NCBI GenBank assembly: GCA_017478265.1
Contig: JAFVDY010000011.1
Location: forward strand, 1-43,422
Reading direction: 5' to 3'
DNA from: Muribaculaceae bacterium
GTDB lineage: Bacteria > Bacteroidota > Bacteroidia > Bacteroidales > Muribaculaceae
DNA: 43,422 nt
A program made the translations under genes and the position numbers. Shown piece by piece: positions 7,475 through 17,055 of this stretch; positions within the stretch are counted from its first letter, which is position 1; each line of letters opens with the position of its first letter. The notes under the pieces were generated by a model. That model did no database searches, had not been told where the DNA came from, and saw only the letters and a program-made list of their open reading frames with translations.

Positions 7475-9493
7475 TTAATTATCGGCGGGAGCGATTGGGG
7501 CGCGGTGCTGAATGATGCGTCCTTCGCTCGTTATGCCATTGATTATAAGTTCATAATTACCTGCCGGCTGGAAGTCGACGTCAAACACTACAGCGCTATC
7601 GGCGCTCTTGAGAGTGACGTCGGATAGCCAGTACAGCACCTGAGCCGATGGCTTAGGTGCTTTAAGGGGCTGTATGCCGGGCAGTTTGATTGTGGTTATA
7701 TTGCAGTCGTTGGAGGCCGGAGCTCGCCGACTGCCTTCTTTGAGTTTGATTGAGATCACTCCGCTACCGCCGCGGTGTCCCCAGATGGCTGTGCTGCCCG
7801 TTTTGAACACGTCGACGCGCTCTACGTCCTGCATTTGGATTGAATGTAGGTCGTAGTCGAGGTCAATAAGTCCGTCGATGGCGATAGCAGCGGGGTTGTC
7901 GCCATAGATGGAGGTATGGGCACGTATGTAGCAACGGTCGTCGCGCACGAATACGCCCGGCACGCGTCGCAGCAGCTCGTGCAGACACGTGGCGTCGTAT
8001 TCATCTATTTGTTCGCGCGAGAGCGAGAAGTCGGCAAACTGCGAGAAACCGCCTCCCGCGCCTATGTTGTTGTAGCGGAAGCCACGCACGGTGACGTTGT
8101 CGAGCACGATGGTGCCGGCGGTGTCGACCGGCGCGCCGTCGGTGACCGCCACAAGTCGCGGCTCGAACGGTTCGCGTTCGATGCGCGAAGCACCCGCGGC
8201 GGGATATGTCGGTTCGTCGACGCGCAGGAATACGCGGTCGCTACCATCGCTTCTGTTGGCTTGCACGATAAACTGGTTCTCCCCCACCCCGTCGAGACCG
8301 CCGAGCGTGAAGCGTCCGTCGTCGCCGGTGGTGGTGAACGAGCAGACGTCGGCTTGCGGCGAGATGGCGCTCACCTTCGCATCTTTTAGCGGTCTGGCCG
8401 GCAGCAGTTTCTCGACACGTCCGGTAATGGTGGTCGTCACCTCTACCGGAGAATTTGGACGGCGGTAGGAGGCGTGTAGCGCGGCTTGCAGCAGCGAGTC
8501 GGCGGCAGGCGATTGCAACAAGGCTTGCAGGCGTTGCGGCTCGCTGCCGATAGTCCAGCCCGTTCCGCCGTCAATCTCGGATGCCACCGTGAGGTCGAAA
8601 GCCATGTCACGGTCAGCGTCGAAGGCTGTTGCGCGCGCTATCGCCAACGACAGCTGCGCCGTTTCGCCCTCGGCGAGTTGCGGCAGGGCGCATGAGACGC
8701 CGGTGCTGACGCCGTTTTGCCATGTGTCGACACTCGCGGGACAGTGGTAGTCGGGATTGACATTGATGGTGACGGCGAATGTGGCCTCGCCCACTATATC
8801 GTAGTTATCGTTTAGCACTACAGCGCGACTAATGCCCGGCGGCAGGTTGTCGTAGTTGACGGCAACCACATCGCCACGCTTGATAGGGACGAAATAGAAC
8901 GGCATCAGCCGGTTGACCAACAGCAACGAGAGACTCGAGGCCGGCTGCGACGCGGGCAGGGCAAAACGCAAGTCGCGCGCGGTGGCGGTGACGTTGAGGT
9001 CGCACATTGCACCGAGGACGATGGGTGGCTGCGCTGACGTCGCGGGCTCGCCGCCGAGGTCGCTATCGACAAGGAGAGGCAGCACCGTGGCGTAGCCCAC
9101 TCCGGCGTCGATGCTACGGCGCGTATAGGCACGCAGGAAGCAGACGCCCGGTTTTAGCGATGGCGGCAGCTCGACGTAGCCGACGGCACAACCGTAGTCG
9201 TTGACGTTCTTGACGCGCTGCAACACCGTGCCACGGCTGTCGATGAGCTCGACATATACAAAGCGGCTTGTGTCGGACGGCGCGAGAGTCACACCGTTGA
9301 GGCAATAGGCACGATAGCGCACCGCCTCGCCACGGTAACAACGGTTGTGGTCGACGTGTAGCGCGACCTTCTCGGGTATGTAGAGTTGCGACTGAGTAGC
9401 GAGCCGCGACACAATAGTGTCGAGCGACACCGCGGCACGACACGGCACAGCCAGCGGCAGCAGTGTTATAATGAGGAAGAATACTCGTCTCAT
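7475..9493 (-). CDS. Exported protein with MG2-like N-terminus, carboxypeptidase-regulatory-like domain and TonB plug domain (no barrel)
   Basis: PEKVALHVDHNRCYRGEAVRYRAY, TTTGDDGRFTL, LLRRVPGV...DVERVDVFK...WGHRGGSGVISIKLK. Confidence 0.75.
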   Translation of the reverse strand: MRRVFFLIITLLPLAVPCRAAVSLDTIVSRLATQSQLYIPEKVALHVDHNRCYRGEAVRYRAYCLNGVTLAPSDTSRFVYVELIDSRGTVLQRVKNVNDYGCAVGYVELPPSLKPGVCFLRAYTRRSIDAGVGYATVLPLLVDSDLGGEPATSAQPPIVLGAMCDLNVTATARDLRFALPASQPASSLSLLLVNRLMPFYFVPIKRGDVVAVNYDNLPPGISRAVVLNDNYDIVGEATFAVTINVNPDYHCPASVDTWQNGVSTGVSCALPQLAEGETAQLSLAIARATAFDADRDMAFDLTVASEIDGGTGWTIGSEPQRLQALLQSPAADSLLQAALHASYRRPNSPVEVTTTITGRVEKLLPARPLKDAKVSAISPQADVCSFTTTGDDGRFTLGGLDGVGENQFIVQANRSDGSDRVFLRVDEPTYPAAGASRIEREPFEPRLVAVTDGAPVDTAGTIVLDNVTVRGFRYNNIGAGGGFSQFADFSLSREQIDEYDATCLHELLRRVPGVFVRDDRCYIRAHTSIYGDNPAAIAIDGLIDLDYDLHSIQMQDVERVDVFKTGSTAIWGHRGGSGVISIKLKEGSRRAPASNDCNITTIKLPGIQPLKAPKPSAQVLYWLSDVTLKSADSAVVFDVDFQPAGNYELIINGITSEGRIIQHRAPIAPADN

Positions 9494-9563
9494 TGTGATT
9501 TGATTTAATCGTTGGTAGCGAAATGAAGTCGATTATCAGCGACGAGCATTGGAGGCCACGCCG

Positions 9564-9914
9564 CTACGCCACAGCGGGCGGAGCGCGGGCGGGACGGCGA
9601 CTGATGTCGACCGCGAGCGCACTTGTGGCGCTCTCAACCACAATCGCCTCGAGGCTAAACACGACGGAACTGACACCGCTGTCGCCCTTGATAAACTGAA
9701 AGGCACTGAAGTGGCACAGCCAGCAGTAACTGTCGACCGTGGGCTGTGATGGCGAGAAGTGGGTGGCATGGGGCAGGTGGGCTACACAAGCGCCACAATC
9801 GTCGCCGATGGTGGTCACAGCCGTGTGGCAGTGCAACATCGACACGAGCACCACCGGCAGGAACACCGCCAGCAGCAGCCACGAGTAAATTCTATGCCGT
9901 CGTTCAATTGCCAA
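9564..9914 (-). CDS. DUF2946/CruR-like leader protein with CxxC motifs and C-terminal RAPP arrest motif
   Basis: N-terminal TM, HCH, CGAC, His cluster, CWLC and C-terminal PARAPPAVA*. First gene of a TonB-receptor operon; TTG start is uncertain. Confidence 0.7.
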   Translation of the reverse strand: MAIERRHRIYSWLLLAVFLPVVLVSMLHCHTAVTTIGDDCGACVAHLPHATHFSPSQPTVDSYCWLCHFSAFQFIKGDSGVSSVVFSLEAIVVESATSALAVDISRRPARAPPAVA

Positions 9915-9940
9915 GCGTATAAATTAAGAGTTTATATTTA

Positions 9941-9948
9941 CAAAGGTA
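9941..9948 (-). promoter_or_regulatory. Promoter -7 element for the RAPP-ORF/TonB operon
   Basis: Minus strand TACCTTTG, about 26 nt upstream of the leader ORF. Confidence 0.55.
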
Positions 9949-10194
9949 ATCATAATTCCTTAACTTCCACTCCCCCACCCCATTTTTTAACGAAATTTAT
10001 CAAAGTAACATCATTCAGCCCCGATACGTTTTAGTGCTGAAAACATATTGACAAGATTGTACACATAACGGAAAATATTATCGCAAAGCATCTAAAATGG
10101 TCAGGGTACTTTAACCCAAATTGATTATTAGAAATTTGACTTTGAAACTTTCTTATGACCGAATTAGAATTATTCTGAATACTTTGGTAATTTG

Positions 10195-12030
10195 TTATGC
10201 TTCGGCGTTGGGGGAGTCGGGGTGTAGGGCCGAGTGGATGGCGCGTGCTCGGGCGGTGCCGACTACGGCTTGTAGTTGCTCGAGCGAAGCCTCGCGGACG
10301 CGTTTTACGCTCTTGAAATGCTTGAGGAGAGTGGTGCGAGTGGCCTCCCCCACCCCGGCGATGTCGTCGAGCGCGGAGTGTATTTGTCCCTTGCTTCGCT
10401 TTGTGCGGTGGTGCTTGATGCCGAAGCGGTGCGCCTCGTCGCGCAGGTGTTGGATCACGCGCAGGCTCTCGCTATTCTTGTCGATGTAGAGTGGGACACT
10501 ATCTCCGGGGAAAAATATCTCGTTTAATTGCTTGGCGATGCCGATGGCGGCGATGGTGCCGCGCAGGCCTATGCTGTCGAGCGCCTCAACGGCGGCGCTC
10601 AGTTGTCCCTTTCCGCCGTCCACCACTATGAGCTGCGGCAGGTCGAGACCTTCCGTCACCAGCCGCGAATAGCGCCGCGTGATTACCTCACGCATCGAGG
10701 CATAGTCGTCGGGGCCTTCAACGGTTTTGATATTGAAATGTCGATATTCTTTCTTGGCCGGCTTGGCGTTGCGGAACACCACGCACGAGGCGACGGCGCT
10801 TGTGCCCTGGATGTTGGAGTTGTCGAAGCACTCCACGTGGCGCGGCAATTCGTTTAGGTGGAAGTCGCGTTGCATGGCGGTAAGGGTGCGTGTGGCTCGC
10901 TGCTCGGGGTTGAGTTTCTCCATGCGCTTTAGTTTGTCGTCGCGATATTGCCGTGCGTTTTTAAGCGAGATGGCGAGGAGTTTGCGCTTGTCGCCTCGCT
11001 GCGGGATGGTGAACGTGACGCCCTCGAGCGAGAAGTCGGGCTCGACGTTTACCACCACCTCGCGCACGCGGTCGTCACGGTAGGCTTCACCAAAGCGCTC
11101 GCGCACGTCGCGAATGGCGCTCGACATCAATTCGGCATCGCTCTCGCCGGTATCAATATCCTGGAATTTATATTCCACTGTCACGCTCTGGACTATTGAG
11201 CCGCATCGAATGTGCATGAAGTTGACAAACGCCGAGCCCTCGTCGCGCAGGATTGCGAACACGTCGATATTATGGATTGCCGGGCTGACAATCACCGAGC
11301 GTGCGCGATAATTTTCAATCAGCTGATACTTGCGTTTCAGTTCTTGCGCCTGCTCAAATTTGAGTTCATCGGCCAGCCGCATCATCTCGGTCATCAGGTA
11401 ATCGCTCACCTGCTTTGTGTCGCCATTAAGTATTTTTTTTATATCCTCAACATACTCGCCATACTCTTTGGCGGAGATAAATCCTTGACAACAGCCACGG
11501 CAGTTTTTTATATGATACTGGAGGCATAACGGATATTTTCGTTGCTCGACGGTTTCGGGCGTGAGCGGGTGCCGACAGGTGCGAACGGGATACATCTTCC
11601 TTATCACTTCCAGTAGGGCGTGAGCAACCTCGGTCTTGGGGTATGGGCCGTAGAACTTTGCTCCACGGCTAACTTGCTCACGGCTAATGACGACGCGTGG
11701 AAATGTTTCACGTGAAACACATATCCACGGATAACTTTTATCGTCCTTCAGAAGCACGTTGTAGTGCGGCTGATATTCTTTTATAAGGCTATTCTCAAGG
11801 TCGAGCGCTTCCTCTTCGGTATTTACCACAATATAGCGCATATCGGCGATATGCCGCACGAGCATATTGGTGCGCAACACGGGGTGGACTCGATTGAAAT
11901 AGGAGCTTACGCGACGCTTGAGTTTCTTAGCCTTGCCTACGTAGATAACTGTCCCGCCGGCGTCCATATACATATAGACGCCGGGCGATTCGGGCAGCAA
12001 GGATATTTTCAGTCGCAGTTCGTCGGTCAT
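10195..12030 (-). CDS. uvrC: Excinuclease ABC subunit C
   Basis: GIY-YIG motif (PGVY...YVGKAK), ECFDNS, VVDGGKGQL, RDEAHRFGI, C-terminal HhH. Confidence 0.97.
   Translation of the reverse strand: MTDELRLKISLLPESPGVYMYMDAGGTVIYVGKAKKLKRRVSSYFNRVHPVLRTNMLVRHIADMRYIVVNTEEEALDLENSLIKEYQPHYNVLLKDDKSYPWICVSRETFPRVVISREQVSRGAKFYGPYPKTEVAHALLEVIRKMYPVRTCRHPLTPETVEQRKYPLCLQYHIKNCRGCCQGFISAKEYGEYVEDIKKILNGDTKQVSDYLMTEMMRLADELKFEQAQELKRKYQLIENYRARSVIVSPAIHNIDVFAILRDEGSAFVNFMHIRCGSIVQSVTVEYKFQDIDTGESDAELMSSAIRDVRERFGEAYRDDRVREVVVNVEPDFSLEGVTFTIPQRGDKRKLLAISLKNARQYRDDKLKRMEKLNPEQRATRTLTAMQRDFHLNELPRHVECFDNSNIQGTSAVASCVVFRNAKPAKKEYRHFNIKTVEGPDDYASMREVITRRYSRLVTEGLDLPQLIVVDGGKGQLSAAVEALDSIGLRGTIAAIGIAKQLNEIFFPGDSVPLYIDKNSESLRVIQHLRDEAHRFGIKHHRTKRSKGQIHSALDDIAGVGEATRTTLLKHFKSVKRVREASLEQLQAVVGTARARAIHSALHPDSPNAEA
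11704..11719. promoter_or_regulatory. parS: parS centromere site (perfect), inside uvrC
   Basis: TGTTTCACGTGAAACA, an exact 16-bp parS consensus palindrome. Confidence 0.85.
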
Positions 12031-12191
12031 TACTCGTCTTCCTTATTTAAACTACAAATTTAACGAATTATACAAATCACATTATGGTAGACTCTAAAAT
12101 AAATATGGCTGATACGAGTGTCCCACTATGCATTTTTTTGCAAAATTTGATTAATTTGTAGCATAAACAAATGATCCTTTTAATAGTGTGA

Positions 12192-12746
12192 TCACTTGCC
12201 TTCGGTGCCGGCGAAAGAGAAGAGGCTCGTCACTTCAACGTCGGCGGGAAATTTCTCGCGTCCTTTGAGGTCGGTGAGTTCGCAGAGGAAGTTTACGTAG
12301 ACTTTCTTCGGCTTAAGGCTGCGTACGAGCTGCAGTGCCGCAGCCATGGTGCCGCCGGTGGCGAGGAGATCGTCATGAAGGACAATCACATCGTTGCTGT
12401 CAATGGCGTCCTTGTGAACTTCGATTGTGTCGGTGCCGTATTCTTTCTCATAATCGAGTTGAACAGTTTCGGCGGGCAGCTTGCCGGGTTTGCGAATAGG
12501 CACGAAACCGGCTCCGAGACGTTCGGCGAGCATAGCACCGCCTATGAAACCGCGAGATTCGATACCGGCCACCTTAGTGATGCCTTTCCCCTCGTAAAGC
12601 TCCTCGAGCGCGTCACCCATGATGGCGAGTGCTTCAGCGTCTTTAAAGAGGGTGGTGAGATCCTTAAACTGGATGCCCGGAATGGGGAAATCGGGCACGT
12701 TTCTTACAACAGCTTTTACTTTGTCGATTTGTTCTTTTGTAATCAT
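12192..12746 (-). CDS. apt: Adenine phosphoribosyltransferase
   Basis: PDFPIPGIQFKD, GIESRGF, RKPGKLP, DDLLATGGT. Confidence 0.96.
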   Translation of the reverse strand: MITKEQIDKVKAVVRNVPDFPIPGIQFKDLTTLFKDAEALAIMGDALEELYEGKGITKVAGIESRGFIGGAMLAERLGAGFVPIRKPGKLPAETVQLDYEKEYGTDTIEVHKDAIDSNDVIVLHDDLLATGGTMAAALQLVRSLKPKKVYVNFLCELTDLKGREKFPADVEVTSLFSFAGTEGK

Positions 12747-12769
12747 AATGCTATTATAAATTTAGAATT

Positions 12770-12785
12770 TGTTTCACGTGAAACT
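12770..12785. promoter_or_regulatory. parS: parS site (15/16 match), between mnmG and apt
   Basis: TGTTTCACGTGAAACT. Confidence 0.8.
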
Positions 12786-12803
12786 GTCGATTTGCGCCAT
12801 TAA

Positions 12804-14684
12804 TCATCTTCCGCAAAGCAACAGCAGTATATTAATATCGCTCGGTGAGATGCCGGGTATACGCGCAGCCTGCCCCACCGTGGCCGGGTCGATACGTTCG
12901 AGTTTCTGTCGCGCCTCGGTCGACAGTTGATGTATATCGGCGTAGTTAAATCGTCCACGCAGTTTTACATTTTCGAGACGGGTCAATTTGTCGGCTATTA
13001 GTGTTTCGCGCTCAATATAGCCGTGATATTTTATTTCAATTTCGGCAGCCTCGATAATCTCGTCGCGACGCGCCGGCTCTAATTTATCCAATTCAGCTCC
13101 CAATGGCGCAATCATAGTTGCGAGAGTGACGATTGTCAATGTGGGGCGCAAAATCAAATCATAAAGTTTGCAGCCTTGACGCAAAGCCGGCAATCCGTTT
13201 GCCTCGAAAATCGGATTGATAACTGAGGTTTTCACAGTGAACTCGCGGCAGAAATCAATTAAATTTTCCACCTGCCGCCACTTCGAGAGCATGAGATTAT
13301 GGCGCTCGGCGGTAGCGAGACCTAAGTGATAGCCGATTGGAGTGAGGCGGCGGTCAGCATCGTCCTGGCGAAGCAGGATGCGGTGTTCGGCGCGTGAGGT
13401 GAACATTCTATACGGTTCGTCCACCCCCTTCGTTACCAGATCGTCAATCAGCACGCCGATGTAGGCTTGGTCGCGACGTAACACGAACTCCTCCCCTACC
13501 CCGTTAGCTTTAAGATGCGCGTTCACGCCGGCCACAAGCCCCTGCCCGGCAGCCTCCTCATAGCCGGTGGTGCCATTCACCTGTCCGGCAAAAAAGAGGT
13601 TGGCGACGCGCTTCGTCTCGAGAGTGTGCCGTAGCTGTGTCGGGTCGAAAAAGTCATATTCGATGGCATATCCCGGGCGGAAGAAATGAGTGTCCCGCAA
13701 CGCCGGTATCTGTTCGAGCGCGGAAATCTGCACCTGCCACGGCATCGACGACGAGAAACCGTTGAGATACATCTCGGTGGTGGTTTCGCCTTCGGGTTCG
13801 ATAAAGAGCTGATGACTGTCCCGATCGGGGAATGTGACAAGTTTAGTTTCGATACTCGGGCAATATCGCGGACCTATACTTTGGATTTGGCCATTGTAAA
13901 GCGGCGAGTCGGGCAGTCCGTCGCGCAGAATTTGGTGCACCTTATCGTTGGTATACACAATCCAGCACGGACGCTGCTTAAGGCTCGATTTAACCTCAGG
14001 CAGGAACGAGAAATGATGGAAATCCGTGTCGCCATCCTGACGTTCGGCCGCATTATAGTCGACGGTTCGCGCGTCGAGGCGAACAGGCGTTCCGGTTTTC
14101 ATGCGGTCAGTCGCGAAACCGAGGTCGCGCAACTGCTCGGTAATCCCGTGGGCCGCAGGTTCCGCGACACGTCCGCCAGCCATCTGCACGTGTCCCACAT
14201 GCATCAGTCCGTTGAGAAAAGTTCCGGCAGTGAGCACAACACTTGTGGCGCCGAAGGTGACGCCGAGTTGAGTTTTCACCCCGGTAACTTTTCCGTCCTC
14301 TATCACCAGTTCGATGGCATTGTCTTGCCATAGGTAGAGATTAGGTGTTTGCTCAAGTGTTTCACGCCAGTTTTTAATAAATAACGCACGGTCGCACTGC
14401 GAACGGGGGCTCCACATGGCGGGCCCTTTGCTGCGGTTCAACATTCGGAATTGGATTGAGCTGCGGTCGGTGACGATACCCATTTGTCCGCCTAAAGCGT
14501 CGATTTCACGCACTATTTGGCCCTTGGCTATACCGCCAACGGCGGGATTACAGCTCATCTGCGCGATTTTGTTCATGTCCATAGTGATGAGCAAGGTTGT
14601 GCTTCCCATTCGCGCGGCGGCACTCGCCGCCTCGCAGCCCGCATGGCCCGCCCCTATCACTATGACGTCGTACTGAAGTCTCAT
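12804..14684 (-). CDS. mnmG: tRNA uridine-5-carboxymethylaminomethyl(34) synthesis enzyme MnmG (GidA)
   Basis: GAGHAGCEAA, MSCNPAVGG, GPRYCPSIE, AGQVNGTTGYEEAA, EPYRMFTSRAE. Confidence 0.98.
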   Translation of the reverse strand: MRLQYDVIVIGAGHAGCEAASAAARMGSTTLLITMDMNKIAQMSCNPAVGGIAKGQIVREIDALGGQMGIVTDRSSIQFRMLNRSKGPAMWSPRSQCDRALFIKNWRETLEQTPNLYLWQDNAIELVIEDGKVTGVKTQLGVTFGATSVVLTAGTFLNGLMHVGHVQMAGGRVAEPAAHGITEQLRDLGFATDRMKTGTPVRLDARTVDYNAAERQDGDTDFHHFSFLPEVKSSLKQRPCWIVYTNDKVHQILRDGLPDSPLYNGQIQSIGPRYCPSIETKLVTFPDRDSHQLFIEPEGETTTEMYLNGFSSSMPWQVQISALEQIPALRDTHFFRPGYAIEYDFFDPTQLRHTLETKRVANLFFAGQVNGTTGYEEAAGQGLVAGVNAHLKANGVGEEFVLRRDQAYIGVLIDDLVTKGVDEPYRMFTSRAEHRILLRQDDADRRLTPIGYHLGLATAERHNLMLSKWRQVENLIDFCREFTVKTSVINPIFEANGLPALRQGCKLYDLILRPTLTIVTLATMIAPLGAELDKLEPARRDEIIEAAEIEIKYHGYIERETLIADKLTRLENVKLRGRFNYADIHQLSTEARQKLERIDPATVGQAARIPGISPSDINILLLLCGR

Positions 14685-14706
14685 CGATATAGTGTAAATA
14701 TATTTT

Positions 14707-15135
14707 TCAAGCTATCTGCTCGAGCATGGCAAGCGCTGCATTCTCGTGGCGCTCCATTATCTCTCGCTCGCCCTCACCCTTATCATTGATTCCACATAGG
14801 TGTAGCACACCATGCACTATCACGCGGTGCAACTCACGCTCGTAGCTCTCCCCTACCATGGCGGCATTGGTGCGCACGGTGTCGAGTGAAATAACCATAT
14901 CGCCGCTTATGCGACGAGCGGTGCTATAGTCGAACGTGATGATGTCGGTGTAATAATCGTGATTGAGAAATTGGCGATTGGTCGAGAGTATGTAATCGTC
15001 GTCGCAAAAAATATAGGTCAATCGTCCCGCACTCTTGCCATGACTGCGGGCGACGTCGTCGAGCCAACGTTCGATGCGCGAAGCGGAAATTGCCGGCATC
15101 TCGACGTCATGAGTTATGAAATTGACTTCAATCAT
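14707..15135 (-). CDS. ybeY: rRNA maturation endoribonuclease YbeY
   Basis: HDYYTDIITF and HGVLHLCG metal motif (the third His position reads I here). Confidence 0.93.
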   Translation of the reverse strand: MIEVNFITHDVEMPAISASRIERWLDDVARSHGKSAGRLTYIFCDDDYILSTNRQFLNHDYYTDIITFDYSTARRISGDMVISLDTVRTNAAMVGESYERELHRVIVHGVLHLCGINDKGEGEREIMERHENAALAMLEQIA

Positions 15136-15158
15136 CTATTGCTTGCTCGAAGCGACTA

Positions 15159-15166
15159 CAAAGATA
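15159..15166 (-). promoter_or_regulatory. Promoter -7 element for ybeY-mnmG-apt
   Basis: Minus strand TATCTTTG. Confidence 0.55.
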
Positions 15167-15475
15167 CAGCTTTTTCTTGACCTGACACCAATTTTTTGAA
15201 AAAAATCGCAAAATTAATTTTTCTGACGGAAAATCGCCGACACAAAAAAATAGCGTTTCGATGTCGTTTTCAGCCGATTATCGCATTTTTAAGGCTCTGA
15301 GAATGAAAAATTCGTCCTCATCCGCGCCGTTACCCACGATTTTTTCACGCATTTCGGCCTTTTTTCAGTTGTTATTCTTGAATTGCGGCTTAACGATAAG
15401 CTGGTTAAACTTTGTGAATTTTTTCTTATCTAATAAAAAAGCAACGAAAATAAACGACGAATGAAAAATTCTTTG

Positions 15476-15483
15476 TACATTTG
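15476..15483 (+). promoter_or_regulatory. Promoter -7 element for the NfeD-SPFH pair
   Basis: TACATTTG, about 46 nt before the ATG. Confidence 0.55.
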
Positions 15484-15529
15484 CAAAACGAATAATAGCG
15501 AAAGTAAAATTTAAAAATAATTAGCAACT

Positions 15530-15979
15530 ATGATTGAGTATTTTTCATCCAACATGTGGCAGCTGTGGGCAATAGTAGCGCTGGTGTGCCTAATAATTGA
15601 ATTGACTTCGGGCGACTTCTTCTTCATTTGCTTTACCATTGGCGGCTTGGCATCGCTTCTTACGGCTTTGTGCTGCGACAGTCTCGCGGCGCAAGCGATA
15701 GTGTTTGCCGTGGTAAGCGTGTTAAGTATATTCTTTATACGTCCGCTTCTGGTGAAACATGTGCACAAGAGCGGCGAGGAACGCACAAGCAATGTTGACG
15801 CCCTTATAGGTCGCGAAGGCATCGTCACCGAAGCTATCGAAGCCGAAGGCTACGGCCGCGTGAAAATCGACGGCGACAGCTGGAAGGCTTGCACAACCGA
15901 TGGCGCGGCGATAGGGGAGGGGAGTCGTGTGAAAGTGGTCGACATCAAGAGTGTTATTATTACAGTCGAACAAATATAA
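15530..15979 (+). CDS. NfeD family membrane protein
   Basis: Three TM segments plus OB-fold motif (LIGREGIVTEAI...GRVKIDGDSWKA); directly upstream of an SPFH gene. Confidence 0.92.
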   Translation: MIEYFSSNMWQLWAIVALVCLIIELTSGDFFFICFTIGGLASLLTALCCDSLAAQAIVFAVVSVLSIFFIRPLLVKHVHKSGEERTSNVDALIGREGIVTEAIEAEGYGRVKIDGDSWKACTTDGAAIGEGSRVKVVDIKSVIITVEQI

Positions 15980-16016
15980 ACCCATATCATAAACTTTTTC
16001 AAAAACAAAATCATTT

Positions 16017-16970
16017 ATGGACGCATTCGCAATTGTAATCATTGTACTGGTGGTTCTCGCGCTGATCGTAGTGAAGATGAGCATCGTAATCATCTCTCAG
16101 AGCGAAACCAAGATTGTTGAGCGACTGGGTAAATACCACGCTACGCTCAAGCCGGGTATCAACACCATCATCCCGTTTATCGACAAGGCAAAAACCGTGG
16201 TTGCCTACGCCAACGGACGATATCACTACACTTCTACTATCGACCTTCGCGAGCAGGTGTACGACTTCGACAAGCAGAACGTTATCACCAAAGATAATAT
16301 CCTAATGCAAATCAACGCATTGCTCTACTTCCAGATTGTAGACCCGTATTCGGCAACCTACGAGATCAACAATCTGCCAAACGCTATCGAGAAACTTACG
16401 CAGACCACACTACGTAACATCATAGGCGAGCTTGAACTCGACGAGACACTCACCTCGCGCGATACCATCAACAGCAAGCTGCGCTCAGTGCTCGACGATG
16501 CCACCAACAAGTGGGGCGTAAAAGTGAACCGTGTCGAGCTTCAAGACATCACGCCGCCCGTGAGCGTGCTGCAAGCGATGGAGAAGCAGATGCAAGCCGA
16601 GCGTAACAAGCGCGCCACCATCCTCACCAGCGAAGGACAGAAGGCTGCCGCCATCCTGCAATCGGAAGGCGAGAAAGCATCTACCATCAACCGCGCCGAG
16701 GCTCAAAAACAACAGGAAATTCTCAAGGCCGAGGGCGAAGCGCAAGCACGCATCCGTCGCGCCGAGGCCGAGGCAATCGCCATCGAGAAGGTGACCGAGG
16801 CAGTGGGAAAGAGCACCAATCCCGCCAACTACCTCATCGCTCAAAAGTATATCGACGCCTTGCAGGACATCGCCGGAAAGGGCGACACAAAGACCGTCTA
16901 CCTGCCCTACGAGGCCACAAACCTCATGGGCTCAATCGGAGGCATAAAAGACCTCTTCAAGGCCGATTAA
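16017..16970 (+). CDS. SPFH/Band 7 (slipin/QmcA-like) protein
   Basis: VERLGKY, VITKDN, QTTLRNIIG, WGVKVNRVEL, AMEKQMQAER. Confidence 0.95.
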   Translation: MDAFAIVIIVLVVLALIVVKMSIVIISQSETKIVERLGKYHATLKPGINTIIPFIDKAKTVVAYANGRYHYTSTIDLREQVYDFDKQNVITKDNILMQINALLYFQIVDPYSATYEINNLPNAIEKLTQTTLRNIIGELELDETLTSRDTINSKLRSVLDDATNKWGVKVNRVELQDITPPVSVLQAMEKQMQAERNKRATILTSEGQKAAAILQSEGEKASTINRAEAQKQQEILKAEGEAQARIRRAEAEAIAIEKVTEAVGKSTNPANYLIAQKYIDALQDIAGKGDTKTVYLPYEATNLMGSIGGIKDLFKAD

Positions 16971-16994
16971 CAACTCAGAAACTATCAACCTCAT

Positions 16995-17032
16995 AAAAGT
17001 TCATGGATAAGCCATATCCATGAACTTTTTTT
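16995..17032. terminator. Bidirectional intrinsic terminator
   Basis: AAAAGTTCATGGATA-loop-TATCCATGAACTTTTTTT between convergent genes. Confidence 0.85.
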
Positions 17033-17055
17033 ATTCTAAAATCGAACATTAGGGT

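Noticed and set aside
14357-14372. Third parS candidate in mnmG (TGTTTCACGCCAG)
   Set aside because: Only a half-site; not palindromic.
15136-15529. Long AT-rich ybeY/NfeD intergenic region as oriC or ncRNA
   Set aside because: Explained by divergent promoters; no DnaA-box cluster or convincing stable structure was seen.
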